The notes under the pieces: generated by a model | Told to the model about the DNA's origin: nothing | The model's database searches: none | Seen by the model: only the letters and a program-made list of their open reading frames with translations | NCBI GenBank assembly: GCA_951406725.2 | Contig: OX597825.1 | Span: forward strand, 26,970,001-27,034,000 | Direction: 5' to 3' | Origin: Octopus vulgaris | Lineage: Eukaryota | Length of the DNA stretch: 64,000 bases | Shown: piece after piece, positions 28,147 to 42,205 of the stretch | How positions within the stretch are numbered: the stretch's first letter is position 1 | How the letters are laid out: each line of letters starts with the position of its first letter | Made by a program: the position numbers and the translations under genes

Positions 28147-30365
28147 CAATAACAGACATGCACTGAGGTGTATTTAAACAAAATTTCCTAAACTAACTGA
28201 AATACAGTGAATTATTTCACATAAGTAGATCTGAAGATGGGTATAATACTTAAAAATCGAAGAAGCTTAATGTCATAAGCCTGGTTACTTCCGTTTCTTT
28301 GTCAAATCATGTCGTGAACCACTCTGCCTTGCATCAAGTCGGGGTCGATTGTATAATATGCCATTAGCAAACATTGTTATTCTATTGTCCTGTTCTCAAA
28401 ACCGTTGTACTTGTTACTAAGTAAATATGCAATAAAACCCTTTTGTGGACTACAGGATATATTCTAGGTTTCGTTCTATAACCTGTAGGTCAAATATATT
28501 CCGAAGAAGCAGAACAATAAAAATGTTGCTTTAATAATCGATTGTTTTCAATGGTATACGGATGTTAAGTTCTACATACGTGGAGCCTAGCAGAAAATTG
28601 TTAGAGATAAGGATTTCTGAAATATTCACACCAAAATAAAGCTTGTTAAGAGATTGTAGATGAATATATTATGGCTAATCCGAGAATGCAAAATTTTTAT
28701 CGGTCTAGGAAGAAAGAAAGGCAATGTCAGCCACAGCATATCTGAAGTCACACGTTAAAAGAAGTAACTACAAGCTGTAAAGCATTTTACCTGATGCGGT
28801 ATCGATTTTACTGCGTATTCACTTTGAAAGATTGATAAAGATTTTTCACATGGGTTCAGAATCATTCATTTGGAAGCTGGGAATATTCGATTAAATCCAG
28901 TCCTTGATTCTAAGTTTTCTCACAATCAATCCTGCATGGATCGATAAAATACGAACGCTCATATAATTCCAGTTCGTGTTACTCTTCTACAAAATATTTT
29001 ATAACGCAAACAAAATGCCTCCACTTTAAAGAGTAGGACCAAATACGATTTAATAGTCACTTGCGTTTGAGTATTACATATAAGACATAACAAGAATGAA
29101 CGTAGTAAAATTATTTTGTGAGAACTGAACTTACAACATTCTGAAATAGAACTGAATACCATAGAATGTTTTAGAGAGTTACCTAACGATATGAACATTT
29201 CTAGTATATTGGCCACGCGTTTTTGTCATGTCTCACGCATAGATTTATGGTGGCTAAATTCACTAAAAATTACTTCCTTGTTTCTCTGGTAGAAAATGTC
29301 ATGAACCATCATTTCCCATAATAACCCGTTAAACAATGTCAGGTACAACCGTTCACACACACATATTTACATAAACATATACATATGTATATATACGTGT
29401 ATGTGTGCCTGTGCGTGTGTGTGTGTGTGCGTGTATACATTTCTGCGCTTTACAAATTAAAGCCAATTAATTATATAATACACTACACTGACACCTCGCC
29501 GAAGGAAATGCAATGTATCGCTGAATGACGGTTTACATTTTTCATTTTGCTTTTATTTTCTTCTTTTCACATCATAATACAATGCAAATAAATATATGTG
29601 TGCGCCTGCACGTATAAGCATCATTATACGTAGTTTATTGTCTGATGTATTTTTTCTTTTTCATTTAGGATTTCTATTATAAATTATACTCTATAAAAAT
29701 AGACTCACATTGTTTCAGCGAATTTAGCTTACCATATATATTTGTATATGAATGTGTTATTTTGGACAAAATTTTGAAATGTTATTTGTGCTTTCTTTTC
29801 GAAGTTAATGAAGCCATTTCACAGTAATTTAAACTCATGCAATGTGTGTAATTAGACTATTATTTAAAATGATGATATCTAGGAAAGTTTTTCTGTGCTT
29901 TTGTTTAGATTTCTTAATTTTGTATTCATCAAGTAGACAGTACATTCCGTCAGACAGAGGGTCGATTATTTTAGATGTTTGGAATGCTGGTATTGTCGAA
30001 CAAGTTCTATATCACTAGCGTTTATTTTATCGAAATACAAATATAAAGGAGTAGTAGTATTGGACAAACTATTCAGCAGTCGGATATTACAATAAGGTAA
30101 ACAATATAAAATTGAAAAACGTGGTGAAATATTACAGTCAAATATTTAGTGATGATGAAAATCTATGATATTTTCTGTCTGGTAAAATATATAAAAGAGT
30201 TATACATCATATTTCTATATTGTGTTTCCCTTCAAAATCACGCTCGTTATTGCGGATATATTGATCACTTACTTAAAATCTAGAGCCGTGAGCGATTCAC
30301 TCTTTAGTAAATATTAAATATGTGTATATCTCATTCCCACCCCGCCTCTGTTTCTCTGTAGATAA

Positions 30366-30403
<38 letters not shown>

Positions 30404-30471
30404 CGCTTGTGTTATATAACCGGCTAGAAACTGCGTTTCTTGGGGCTAAAAAGCAGTAGCAATAAAACATC

Positions 30472-30518
<47 letters not shown>

Positions 30519-30574
30519 GTGTGTGTGTTTGTGTGTGTGTTTCTATATATACGCAGACATTCGCATGCACGCAC

Positions 30575-30695
30575 ACATGATTCCGCGTTTAGTCCGACTG
30601 CGTGGCACCTTGGGAAATTGTCTTCTACTATAACCTTGGGCCGACTAAAGTGTTGTCAGTGATGTGGTAGACGGAAACTGAAAGAAGTCCGTCGT
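30575..30695 (+). mobile_element. SINE family B partial copy
   Basis: CTGCGTGGCACCTTGGG...GGTAGACGGAAACTGAAAGAAG. Confidence 0.8.
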
Positions 30696-30919
30696 ATATA
30701 TATATCTATCTATATATATATATATTTATATCTATCTATATATATATATATATGAGTTAAGTAACGGAGCAGTTAAGATCCGAGCTGTATATGTTTCACA
30801 GCGAGCGGAACCTCAGAAGTATAAATATCCAGGGGGGTGGAGTTGTATACCGCAGGCTACACTTTAGACCAAGGATATATTTATTAAGTGAGTTTACTTT
30901 GTCGCAAGAAGGTACATGT

Positions 30920-31264
30920 TAACAAAAGCAGGAGTGTCCACCCATGGATGTCAGGCAATTTATGCGACCACACCAGCCCTAACATCTGGCCACCTAACTC
31001 ACCAGACTGCAACCACTTCGAGTATGTTCTGTGGTGTACAGTTGAGCCAGAGAGCAATAAAAGTCCTTCTAATGCCAAAGTTGAACTTGAGGTAAGGATT
31101 ATGGCAGCATTCACCAACTTAAGGAGAACGTCCTGAAGAATTGCGGGAGATTTCGAAGTCATCCGGAGGCTGTAGTTGAAGCCAATGTCGATTTTATTGA
31201 ATAAATGTATTATTTAGTATTTCAAGATTTTTTAATATAATTGATTAAAATGAGATGCCAGTGT

Positions 31265-31265
<1 letters not shown>
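30920..31265 (+). mobile_element. Tc1/mariner (maT/DD37D-like) transposase C-terminus and 3' UTR
   Basis: WMSGNLCDHTSPNIWPPNSPDCNHFEY...RIMAAFTNL...CGRFRSHPEAVVEANVDFIE*; WPPNSPD motif. Confidence 0.85.
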
Positions 31266-31303
<38 letters not shown>

Positions 31304-32578
31304 CAAATTTCGGAGCACATTGGCACGGATGTCACACATGCCTAACCATCACAGCACTCCACGGCCTTGAACCCTTTTCATTCAAATCTACTCTGACCAT
31401 CCAGTCAATTCTTTACATTTATTTTTCATATTCACTCCCTAAATATACACCACAAAACCTGCCTCATTAATCTATTCGTGAATTACTAACACGCATATGC
31501 TACCGACATCATCTTGCCAAGCATATTGGTGAAACGCACGTCATATAGCACTTAAACGCTTTATGTGGCCTAAGGAGGTTTCTTATACTTTGTGAGTTGC
31601 ATTTGATTCTATTACATCGTATACATATGGGGGGGGGGTGCATGTTCGCTCCGTATTTTCAGCACTGCTTATTGGTATTGCCTTATAATCTGCAGCCCCA
31701 GCTCACCAGCCGGACTAAATAATATGCCAAAGATGCTAAACAACGCAAGTAATTACGACCTGTCTTATGACATCACTCGGATCAATCATATAGTACTTAT
31801 GCTTTAAATTTTCCATACCTAAATTTTAAGATCATACAACCTTCAAGGTGGATATATTTTGGGGATCTGTTGATGGAAGGGAAAACATATTTATTATAAT
31901 TTTTGTTAATTTTACCAGGAATTCAAGATCTGGTGACAAAGTAATTGTTCATATTTCTAGGATTAATTATCTGGCATCTTGCAAACCAAAAAATGCTAAC
32001 CACTAGCTGAGATATGTTTAAATGTTCAGAAACAAGCATATGCAACTATTACATGGATTATAACTTGCTAATGCTTCATCGAAACAATGGTGTAATTGCA
32101 AGAACAGGATTATATTGAAAGACTAATATATGTCAGAATAATATATTTAAAGGACTAAATATTTGAGGGTTGACCGGGTATTAACAAGTGTATAAATAGC
32201 CATAGGTAACAGTATTCTCATCACACACGTATGTGCACAGCCGAAATTCGGTTTGATGTGACTCGTCCTACTGAGAACCTCTCAAAAATAATATTCGGTT
32301 ACGCTTAAACTTTGGGATTATGGGGAGTTTCGTGAAAATTTTGGTTGTTAATTCTATTTGAAGTTCAACAAACAGAAAACTGAAGAGCAGTGCGTCAGCT
32401 GATATTCCCTTAATCTTCCCAATCAGTAGTGCGAACACACACACACACATACACACACAAACACGGAACACACGGACACACGCAGATACACACGCATATA
32501 CATACACCAACGTATACACACACACACACACCTATCTTTCTTACTCTTTCGAATTCGCTTACAGAAAACTCACACGTG

Positions 32579-32620
<42 letters not shown>

Positions 32621-32675
32621 TCATGCATGTATACACACATGCACACACACATGCACACACACACACATACACACA

Positions 32676-32761
<86 letters not shown>

Positions 32762-33910
32762 TATATACACCGACAAATAAACAAGTATACCCGCGCATAT
32801 CTGTCATGTCTATATATATGCATTTATGACTCGGCGCTCCGTTCTCATTATAACATAAACATTGTTTTCTCTGTGTCAAACGTATTCCATTTATTGGAAT
32901 CTATGCATTTAAAGTAGATTGAAACCATCAATTTTAAAATAAATTTAATATACACATTCATAAAAACATACTCATGCCCAGAAATGAAATCATTAGCACA
33001 AATTCACATTTAATCGTGAAGATATAAATAATTATTTTTATCAAGATAATATTTTACTTAACAGAACTGAATAAGCAATGCATCAACTGATTTAATCTGA
33101 AATTAACGAATAATATGTGGAGACATATGTAATATGTGTAGTTAATATCTATGCGCCATATGTGTGTGCGTAATATACATATATTCACTCGTAACACACA
33201 TATGTAAATAAGACAAATGTATGGTCGTATATATTCATATATAAGTAATATATATGAATAAATATGTTTACTTGTAAATTTCTACGAATATATCATATAT
33301 AATTGCACAAACACAAACATAGCCATATGTGTGTGTGAGTGTGTGTGTGTATGTATGTACATACACATATATTTATGTATATACATATATACATGCGTCC
33401 ATGTATGTGTGCATGTGCGTTTGCGTTTTTGTGTATATGAGTGTATGTCTGTGTATATGTTTGCATGTATGTATGCAAGCATATGTATATTTTCAAATCG
33501 ATCGATTCTAAACATCTTGAATACTGTTGCTCTTTGCTTTATTTCTGTTTCCTTTTTTCCTAAATATATTCCATTTGCGCATATCTAAATTGTTTTAAAA
33601 TATATTCTAATTAAATTAAATGCATCTCCGCAGATTTTTCTTCCATAACTATAGAAGTGTTATTAAAAAAAGTAATCATATTTTATCATTTTGTTATCTT
33701 CGTTTAATGGCTATCATCACACAAGAGCAATGCACTTTATAGAAATTGTAACCTCAGTACTTATAGGATTTTCCTTTGAAGATAATTCAATTTCTTGGCT
33801 AGCGATTATCTGTTAGAAAGTATATGGTTTTTCCTATTTAGTTAAGATATTTCTATCATCAATGCACATGCATCGAGCATTATGAGGCTCGCAATATTTT
33901 TCTCTTCATA

Positions 33911-34809
33911 TTATAAATGTTCTGGGATACAGAGCATTAACTACATTACTATCCTAGGAGCAGTGCTGTCAGTATCGGTTGGAGAAATCTTCGCAGTTTA
34001 TTGTATCAAGAATTGTGTATTGTGTTTTGAACAAAGTCATTTCCACCTCTTTTTCTCGCAGACAAATCCTGGTTTATTTCAGCCACATCCATTTCATTTT
34101 GTTCTTCATCTCTGAAATATCTCCTTTTATCTTTTATTTTTAGCTGTTTCACTCATTACACTGCGACAATTCTTGCGGAACCGTCTTGAATAATGTAAGT
34201 GAAACGGATCGAGACTTATTATTTTTATCAAAATCTGATAGGCAAAGTCTGGCTGAATTTGAACTCAAACTGTGAAGAACCGCAAATAAATAATCTTATG
34301 CATTTTATCCGACCCTGTATTATGTTTACCAATCCGAAATACCTTCCATTGCGTTTAAGGGGTTTAGGATTAAAAAACCCCAGCAGTTTTAAAAACATTA
34401 GTTGATACAGCATCGAATCCGCGCCACCAGTATTTGACTAAGTACTTAGCCATCCACGAATGATTTAATGATGAACTTGACTTTTAAAAATTATAAATGG
34501 TCTGAGATAGAGAGCATTCGCTACAATACTATCCTAGGAGCAGTGCTGTCAGTATGGATGAGAAATCTTCGCAGTTTATTGTATCAAAAACTATGTATTA
34601 TATTTTGAACAAAGTCATTACCACCTCTTTTTCTTGCAGACAATTTCTTGGCATATTTCAGCCATATCTATTTCATTTTGTTTTTCATCACTGAAATATC
34701 TCCTTTTATTCTTTATTTTTTTTTTGTTTCACCCATTAGACTGCGCCATTTCTTGAGGAACCGTCTTGAATATTGTAAGTTAAACGGATCGAGAGTTATT
34801 ATTTTTTAT
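33911..34809. repeat. Direct duplication (33911-34228 and 34491-34809) separated by an inverted templated insertion
   Basis: Shared ACTATCCTAGGAGCAGTGCTGTCAGTA...AAACGGATCGAGA in both copies; the spacer is the reverse complement of 27860-28146. Confidence 0.9.
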
Positions 34810-35972
34810 GCCTTATGCCTAGTCTATTGAACGCGGAATCCCTAAGTTATGGGAAAGTATGCACACCAACATAGTAATGATGGATGACAAATACAAGAAC
34901 AAAGATACGCACACATATAAAGGCACACACGCACACTCTTTAAATTACGAATCTCAAGCGGCAACTGTAAATTAAACATTATCGCTCGTATATTCAAAAT
35001 ATCTACGTTTTGCTTATTCGCCGTGTTTGCTGCGGTATAGCTGTGATGGAAACCTCTCCCTAGTATCGCCAGAAACTAAAACACGTTAAAATAATTGAGC
35101 ATGCGAAGCAGCTCATCTTGAATCGGTACCGACATTTCGCCACTAGGGTTTCTTATAAACACCACGACCTTGGATCAGAAAGAAGACGCACTGAATGCCT
35201 ATAGTCATTGGCCAGGCATTAAATATCAACTTTCAATATGCAGGGATTGGTACCGATACATTTAAGGAGAGAAGACATCGGGCATAGCAGTTCAACATCG
35301 TCTTGACCTTTCGATTTTTATTTCTTTTTGGATACTATACATGAATCAAATAGATTGTCATGATCACCATACATTCTCAAATTGTAGCAATCAAATATGA
35401 CCAGCAATGTGGCCTAGGAGTTACAGTATTGTGAAATACAGAACTAGAGTGAGGCATGATCTCTCTAGACTGTGATATTATTTGATCGACAAGATATCTG
35501 CTTATATGAAATATGATCGATCACGTCGATTCTAGTAAACAGCATCAGTGCAGCAATAAAAAAAATATATTAACGAATATTTCGATACGTATAACGTGTA
35601 CTAGTATAGGAGAAGAAATATATTATTGCAAAGATCAGTATAACATTTCTCACTCAAATACTCGTTGTTTCATTGCAAAGCTTAGCCCGAAGAAAATGAT
35701 AGCGTTTAATACCCTTGTAAGATTTATAAACCCGTACTAGTTTATAAGTGGACAAAAGAATTACGTATGAAGAGACTGCCTTGGGGTATACGTACATAGA
35801 AATACAACTAAATGGCAAACAAGCATTAAGCTTTCATGATTAATATTCCCATTCTTTTTTTTTTTTTTTGATATTTCATCTAAGTAACGAAGAAATAATT
35901 CTCTCGAAGAAACATTTCATAAACAGCTATTGAAACGGAGGAAATATACGCAGGTCATGCCTACATACATAA

Positions 35973-36009
<37 letters not shown>

Positions 36010-36341
36010 TACACATGCACACAGACACACTCACACACACATTTATACATGTAAACAATACTTGCAGCATGAGGATGTATGAACATTTATGGATAGGAAT
36101 ATGTGTTGATCTATATATGTGATATATTCATATAAGTTTCACAAAGTATATCATCATAGCCGGATACATTTCTATTGTCGCCATGATGGATTTGCATAAG
36201 AACGTAAATATTTATATATAAGTATGTGTTTGCATGTATATGGCTGTTTTTGCGTGTGTATGTGTACTTACATATTTATCTGAGTATCATACGTGAATGA
36301 AATCATTCTGAAAGCCTTACAAAGAAGCATACACGCATATG

Positions 36342-36410
<69 letters not shown>

Positions 36411-36953
36411 ATATGGGAAGAATAATATATAGACATATGTGTATCTGTTTTCCAAAAAGTTGGTGATGGTATTTGTAGAGTATTTTTTTCTAGATATATA
36501 ATTCTGAATATAAAGTAAGTGAAATAAAATATTACATACATAGATAGGAATAAGATTAACTCGACAAAGTTAGTGAAAACTTCGAAATAAAATGTAGAAT
36601 ATATCATAACGTGAAATACATATTCGAAAAACAGTGTGAAAACAAGCATACTCCATTATTCTACGTCAATTTAAATATCTATTGCAAATACACAAACGCA
36701 AAGTATATACACACAAATACGAGATATAAGTTTAAAGTATACTACTACGAAAGCGAAGTATACATAGATATATACACTTTGAAAGTGATCATGTGAAGAC
36801 CAGCGCGAGAAAGAGCGGAGCCAGTGAAAGTGTTCAGGGAACGTTCATTCCAACTGTGTGGATACCCCCCACATATACACTCTCTCTCACACATACACAC
36901 ACACACACATACCCCCCCCACATATATATATATATATATATATTTACTTATAT

Positions 36954-36993
36954 AGGCGTGGTTGTGTGGTAAGAAGCTTGCTTCCCAACCATA
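36954..36993 (+). mobile_element. SINE family B 5' head only
   Basis: AGGCGTGGTTGTGTGGTAAGAAGCTTGCTTCCCAACC. Confidence 0.7.
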
Positions 36994-37354
36994 TTCTTGA
37001 GAATGTATATACATGTTCTAATCTTTTGTGCCCAATATTTTAATGAACTTGTTAAACTTTTTCTGTTCTTAACATGTTCTTGTTACCAAAGAACGTATAT
37101 ATGTATTGTAGTATTTTGTGACAACCAATATTCTGTGCGTGTATAAATATACAGATAAAATGCCAATATTCCACTGAACTTTTTAATAATTCCTTCTGGA
37201 AACTATATTTAGCATTTTCTTGAGAATTTATATTTATGTTGTAATCTATTGTGCCCAATATTTTAATGAACTTGTTAAACTTTTTTATGTCCTTAACATG
37301 TTCTTGTTACCAAAGACTGTATGCATGTATTGTAGCATTTTGTGACAACCAATA
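36994..37354. repeat. Direct repeat of about 137 bp (36994-37130 and 37217-37354)
   Basis: TTGTGCCCAATATTTTAATGAACTTGTTAAAC...TTTTGTGACAACCAATA occurs twice, offset about 223 bp. Confidence 0.9.
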
Positions 37355-37463
37355 ATTAACACAACCAAACTTTTACATGTTACTTTTGCCAACCTTTTTC
37401 TAAAGAGTGAAACCGGTAAAGTGAATAAACATCTGTTAAAGTTGCATTTTCAAACCTTCTTTC

Positions 37464-37499
<36 letters not shown>

Positions 37500-38176
37500 T
37501 TCGGTTGGTCATGTTAAGGTTATAAGATATTTCTAATATTTATCTCTTTAAATCGAAAATTCGGATGTTGTCCCGCTGGCTATTAAATAAGTCCTTTTAT
37601 TTTCAAAGACTATTACATCCACAGCTTTATTAATCTTGCATCTCAAATATTTTCCACTCCGTATGCGGGGAAAATATTCATCCAAATTAGTGTTATCTTT
37701 TCCACAACTTCAATACGAAAGTTTTAATACAATTTTCTGAATATTACAGTTCAGCTTCAATACTGCTTCTGTGAGGCTACTTAAAGCCGAGTACATTTAT
37801 TTGCTTTTAGTGAGTCTACCTAACACATTTTAGAAACATTTTTTATTTTGTCAGTTCTTTCATATCCCGTTTTTTCTGCTCATTGTTTTTCGCCTTTGTC
37901 ATCCTTCAGATCTTATGTTTTTCATTACTTATTGGCACCACTTCATTTCTTGCAGTAAACTTGCTTGGTTAATTCATTTTGAAATTTATCAAGAATTTCT
38001 AATAACCTATTTGACGTAAATACGTGAGAGTTACCAAACCCATTAATTCAGTTGATTTACAGCATGACGTAATCGGAATAAATACTTCATTTTTCTGGAG
38101 CAGTTAATAAAATCAACTATGGTGGATATTTGGATATTACGTGAGTCAAACAAGTGTATGTCTAAAACTGTTGTGT

Positions 38177-38227
<51 letters not shown>

Positions 38228-39669
38228 AAATGTATGTATGTACTTCTGTCTTTGTCTCTCTCACTCTGTTTATATATATATTTACGCATTTACAAGCACG
38301 AACTTTCATGTGTTAACCGAACATTTTAGAGAGTCACCAAACCTCCTTCATCTACGTCATATTCTCCTTATATTTTCATATACAGCAACTATCTTCTAAT
38401 GGGAAGCAAATATATTACTGCTCATCACATTTCAGCGTGGATTCAATCTAATCTTGTATTATTCTGATAACGGTTGCTTCAGCGATGTTGTTACACTTAC
38501 TGATTCATGAGAATTATATCTCTAGGTTTCCTAGCAATGCAATTGTGTATTGAGTGCTTCTTGGTACAGTTTTATTTTTTGTTTAGACTCTGAAAAAATA
38601 ATCCTTAATACGTCTGAATTAATTTCAATAATTAATTTAATTACATAAATATCTATAACTTTTGTTCGGAAAGCCAGCCTATTCAATATTTGCACACAAA
38701 TTTACGTGTGAAATAAATTATTATAACACCAATACACCAAAATTGTGAGTGCATATTGACTGAAACACGCATTATTAAGTGTGTATATTAGTTGCATTAC
38801 TTACTATCAATCCTTTTAGGAGTAGCTGGTAATGGTGAACCATACTATTTAGTTCTTTTGTAGATTATATCTAATCATTTCTTCTCAAAGCTTTCAGCAA
38901 ATGCGGTGGCTAATATAAAGTTACCAAATATCAGAAAATCATTAATTAACAATATGTGTATCGCACTGGAACCAACGTACCGTTATTCGTTTTCTTAAAG
39001 ATAACGGTGAAATGGGACTTTTGATTTATTCTGATATCTCAGTGGAAATTAAACTGTATGCTTGATGTATATTACCTCGGTTCCAACGTAGATTCTATTA
39101 GTAACCGCTTGGAAACAAATGGAATTGAAATGAATTGAGAATAATTGGACTAGTATACTATACACTGCATAGGAAACATTCCTAAAAGTAACAGCTGACA
39201 TAATTGATTTAATGTTTTTAGGTTGACTTAGACACCTGTTCATTCTACAATGACTGTTTGAAGATAATTAATAACATATATATCCCAGTGTTTGGCAGCC
39301 GGAAGGAAAATATTAATAATGGTTTTCATAGGCGCAATGGCACACATTTTGGTGCATGGTATAGTCGATTTAATCAACATGTGTACTTTTAGTGTTCGCG
39401 TAGGGTATTTACATTACTCAAGGTATTTACATTACTCAAGGTTTCTGAGCAATGAATTGTATCGATGTGTTCATCAGGGGTTCAGTGTTATTAAATTCTA
39501 TTTTACCTTCGCCAGGTCAAATATCATTATAGGCCTCATAAATACTTTCGCTTACAATCGCCTTCCTGGCTCCCTTTATTTATAGTTCTTAATGTTTAGT
39601 GGCCTTGTCTGTTTCCCTCAACTTAAGATTCTGCTCTATCTATCAATACACACACACACAAACCCACAC

Positions 39670-39724
<55 letters not shown>

Positions 39725-39732
<8 letters not shown>

Positions 39733-40040
39733 CAAAATAAAAACATGATGCCAAGGATTCAGCGGTACATATGTTTCGGGCCTTTATTAGACGGATTGAG
39801 AGATGGACGAGATGGACGCTTCATTTTTGTGCTGGTGCCGCATTATGTCGTACGCGAATGAGAGGATTTGCATCCCCAACGTAGAATTTTTGATGTAATA
39901 CATGTCATTGAGGTAGTAATTGTGCGCGGCTGAAGAAGGCCATAGACACACATTATGCATTGTTATAAATCCGTCTAATAAAGGCCCGAAAGATATGTAC
40001 CGCTGAATCCTTGGCATCATGCTTTTATTTTGATTAATTT
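39725..40040. mobile_element. 316-bp element with 73-bp terminal inverted repeats; Penelope pseudo-LTR/retrozyme-like
   Basis: Arms 39725-39797 and 39968-40040 differ at 2 positions; the right arm carries the 3' half of a hammerhead. Confidence 0.8.
39926..40003 (+). ncRNA. Type I minimal hammerhead ribozyme
   Basis: GCGG-CTGAAGA-AGGCC...GGCCC-GAAA-(G/C)ATATG-TA-CCGC: stem I GCGG/CCGC, stem II GGCC/GGCC plus TAGAC/GTCTA, palindromic stem III CATATG (as preserved in the left arm), GUA cleavage triplet. Confidence 0.72.
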
Positions 40041-40105
40041 ACTCCACCACCTACACCACCAAACGGTATATACAGGTGCTTACAATTATCAAGTACTCAC
40101 CCTGA

Positions 40106-40262
<157 letters not shown>

Positions 40263-40289
40263 GGTATATATGCATATTCTTTTACGTTT

Positions 40290-40688
40290 CATTATTTTAT
40301 TCTTTTACTGCAAATCAACACCAGGACTTATTCTTTATAATGCTAGTACTTATTTTCTCGAGGTTTTTTGCCGAACTGCTAAGTTACGGGGACGTAAACA
40401 CATCAACATCCGTTGTTAAGTGATGGTGGGGGACTAACACAGATACACATTTACACGCACACGCACACATATATAGGACGAATTGCTTTCAATTTCCAAA
40501 TACACTGACAGGGCTTTGTCTGTGTATTTGATCTATCAAATTTCCATCTATCAAATACACTGACAAGACTATAGTCTCTGCCCGAGACTTTAGTAGACGA
40601 CATTTGCACACGGTTCCACGCTGTGGGACTGAACCCAGTACCATGTAGTTGGGAAGCAAATTTCTTAACAAGCAGCCACATCTGCGCG
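40290..40688 (-). mobile_element. SINE family B, degenerate copy with an internal duplication
   Basis: GCCGAACTGCTAAGTTACGGGGACGTAAACAC...GTGGGACTGAACCC...CAGCCACATCTGCGC. Confidence 0.82.
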
Positions 40689-40699
40689 TGTATAAAATT

Positions 40700-41450
40700 T
40701 TCGTTATGGAAAAGTTACTTGAGTTTGTTGACAATTTCAGTTACCTTATAAATTCTACACAAACTGACGGAAATCCGGACACAAATACATCTGCGAATTC
40801 AAAGAGCCGCACAAGCATTCCAAACATGCAATTGGGCTTTTTTAGTCCAGACACAGATATCACAGGCTTCACTTCAATTAAATCAATGATTCTGAAAAAT
40901 CAAATGTGTTGGTGTGGTCATATTGCTCAACTGGCGGATAAGCACACACCCAACTATCTGTATTATTGTGAATTTGTAGAGGGAAAAACTCAGTGTAAAC
41001 CAAAAACAATTTGTTTAAAGACAGCATAAGGGTTTAACATTAAGTCTCTTGGAATGGATCCAAATGTCGTGGAAACCCTCGCTTCAAATCGATCCGAATG
41101 TCGAACAAAGTGTGAAATGGAGTGAAACTGTCTGAGGTGGCCACGATAACATATCCCAATCTCAAGAGGGATTTCAGGAAGAATGCTGAGATCTAGAATT
41201 TCAGTGGCCTTGTTTCGGCACAGTTGGTGACAGAGCAAGCCTTTCTTTTGCTGGGCTCAAATCTCATTTGAGGACACATGAAAGACGAATCTCCATTAAC
41301 TACTCTGCTTATATATCTGCACACACATTCCAATGCCATAACGTCAGCAAATCTAACACAAGCCTCAAAAGACATTTTAATATACACACAGACCAGAACT
41401 TAACTGCAGCACTTTGTGGTCCATATCGGATATGCAACTTATGTGGATGA
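40700..41450 (+). mobile_element. RTE-clade LINE 3' fragment with C2H2 zinc-finger-like remnants
   Basis: LEFVDNFSYL...SIKSMILKNQMCWCGHIAQLADKHTPNYLYYCEFVEGK, then AGLKSHLRTH, SLKRHFNIH and ICNLCG. Confidence 0.8.
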
Positions 41451-41460
41451 CGATTTGAAT

Positions 41461-42138
41461 ACGTAAACAATGAGAAAAAATGGAAAACAGGACAAGTAAA
41501 CAGAGAGAACGGACCTTTTGTCAGTTGTCGGCTGTCTATCTACTCCTCATTTCGAGCATTTGACAATATGAGTCTTTAAAGTCTGTTGCTCTCATAGTTC
41601 ATAAGTAAAATTTAGGCATTAAGGAGGGGCAAAAATAACAGTGAAGGCATAAAAGAAAACCAAACGAACAGAAATATTGAGGCTCGTGATACCAGAACGG
41701 AGGTAAAATAGTGAACGGTGTGAGAAATATTTTGTTTTTTCAAAAGAGAAATGACAGAAGAGAGAGAAAAACGTTCGCTGTTTCGAACGTTCGGGCTGGA
41801 AAAGAAAGATGATCCCATGAGGGAAAGAAACATGGACGATAATCACTACGATAGAGAGAGAGAAAGAGAGAGAGAGACAGAGAGAGACAGACATAGAGAG
41901 ACAGAGACAGAGACAGAGAGAGACAGAGACAGAAAGAGAAACAGGGAGAGAAAGACAGAGAAAGAGAAAGTGGGAGGCAGAGAGACATAGAAACCGGTGA
42001 AGGATAGAGGCGGTGAAAAAGGGAATTAGAGAAGGATGGAGGTAGAATCATTATAGAGTAGAGAATCGGATCAAGAGTGCAGATAAACTTACTTGGAAGT
42101 GCATGCGTCGCGTTCAATTACATCATAAATAATAACAA

Positions 42139-42205
<67 letters not shown>

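Noticed and set aside
39403-39442. 18-bp tandem duplication GGTATTTACATTACTCAA
   Set aside because: Ordinary slippage duplication
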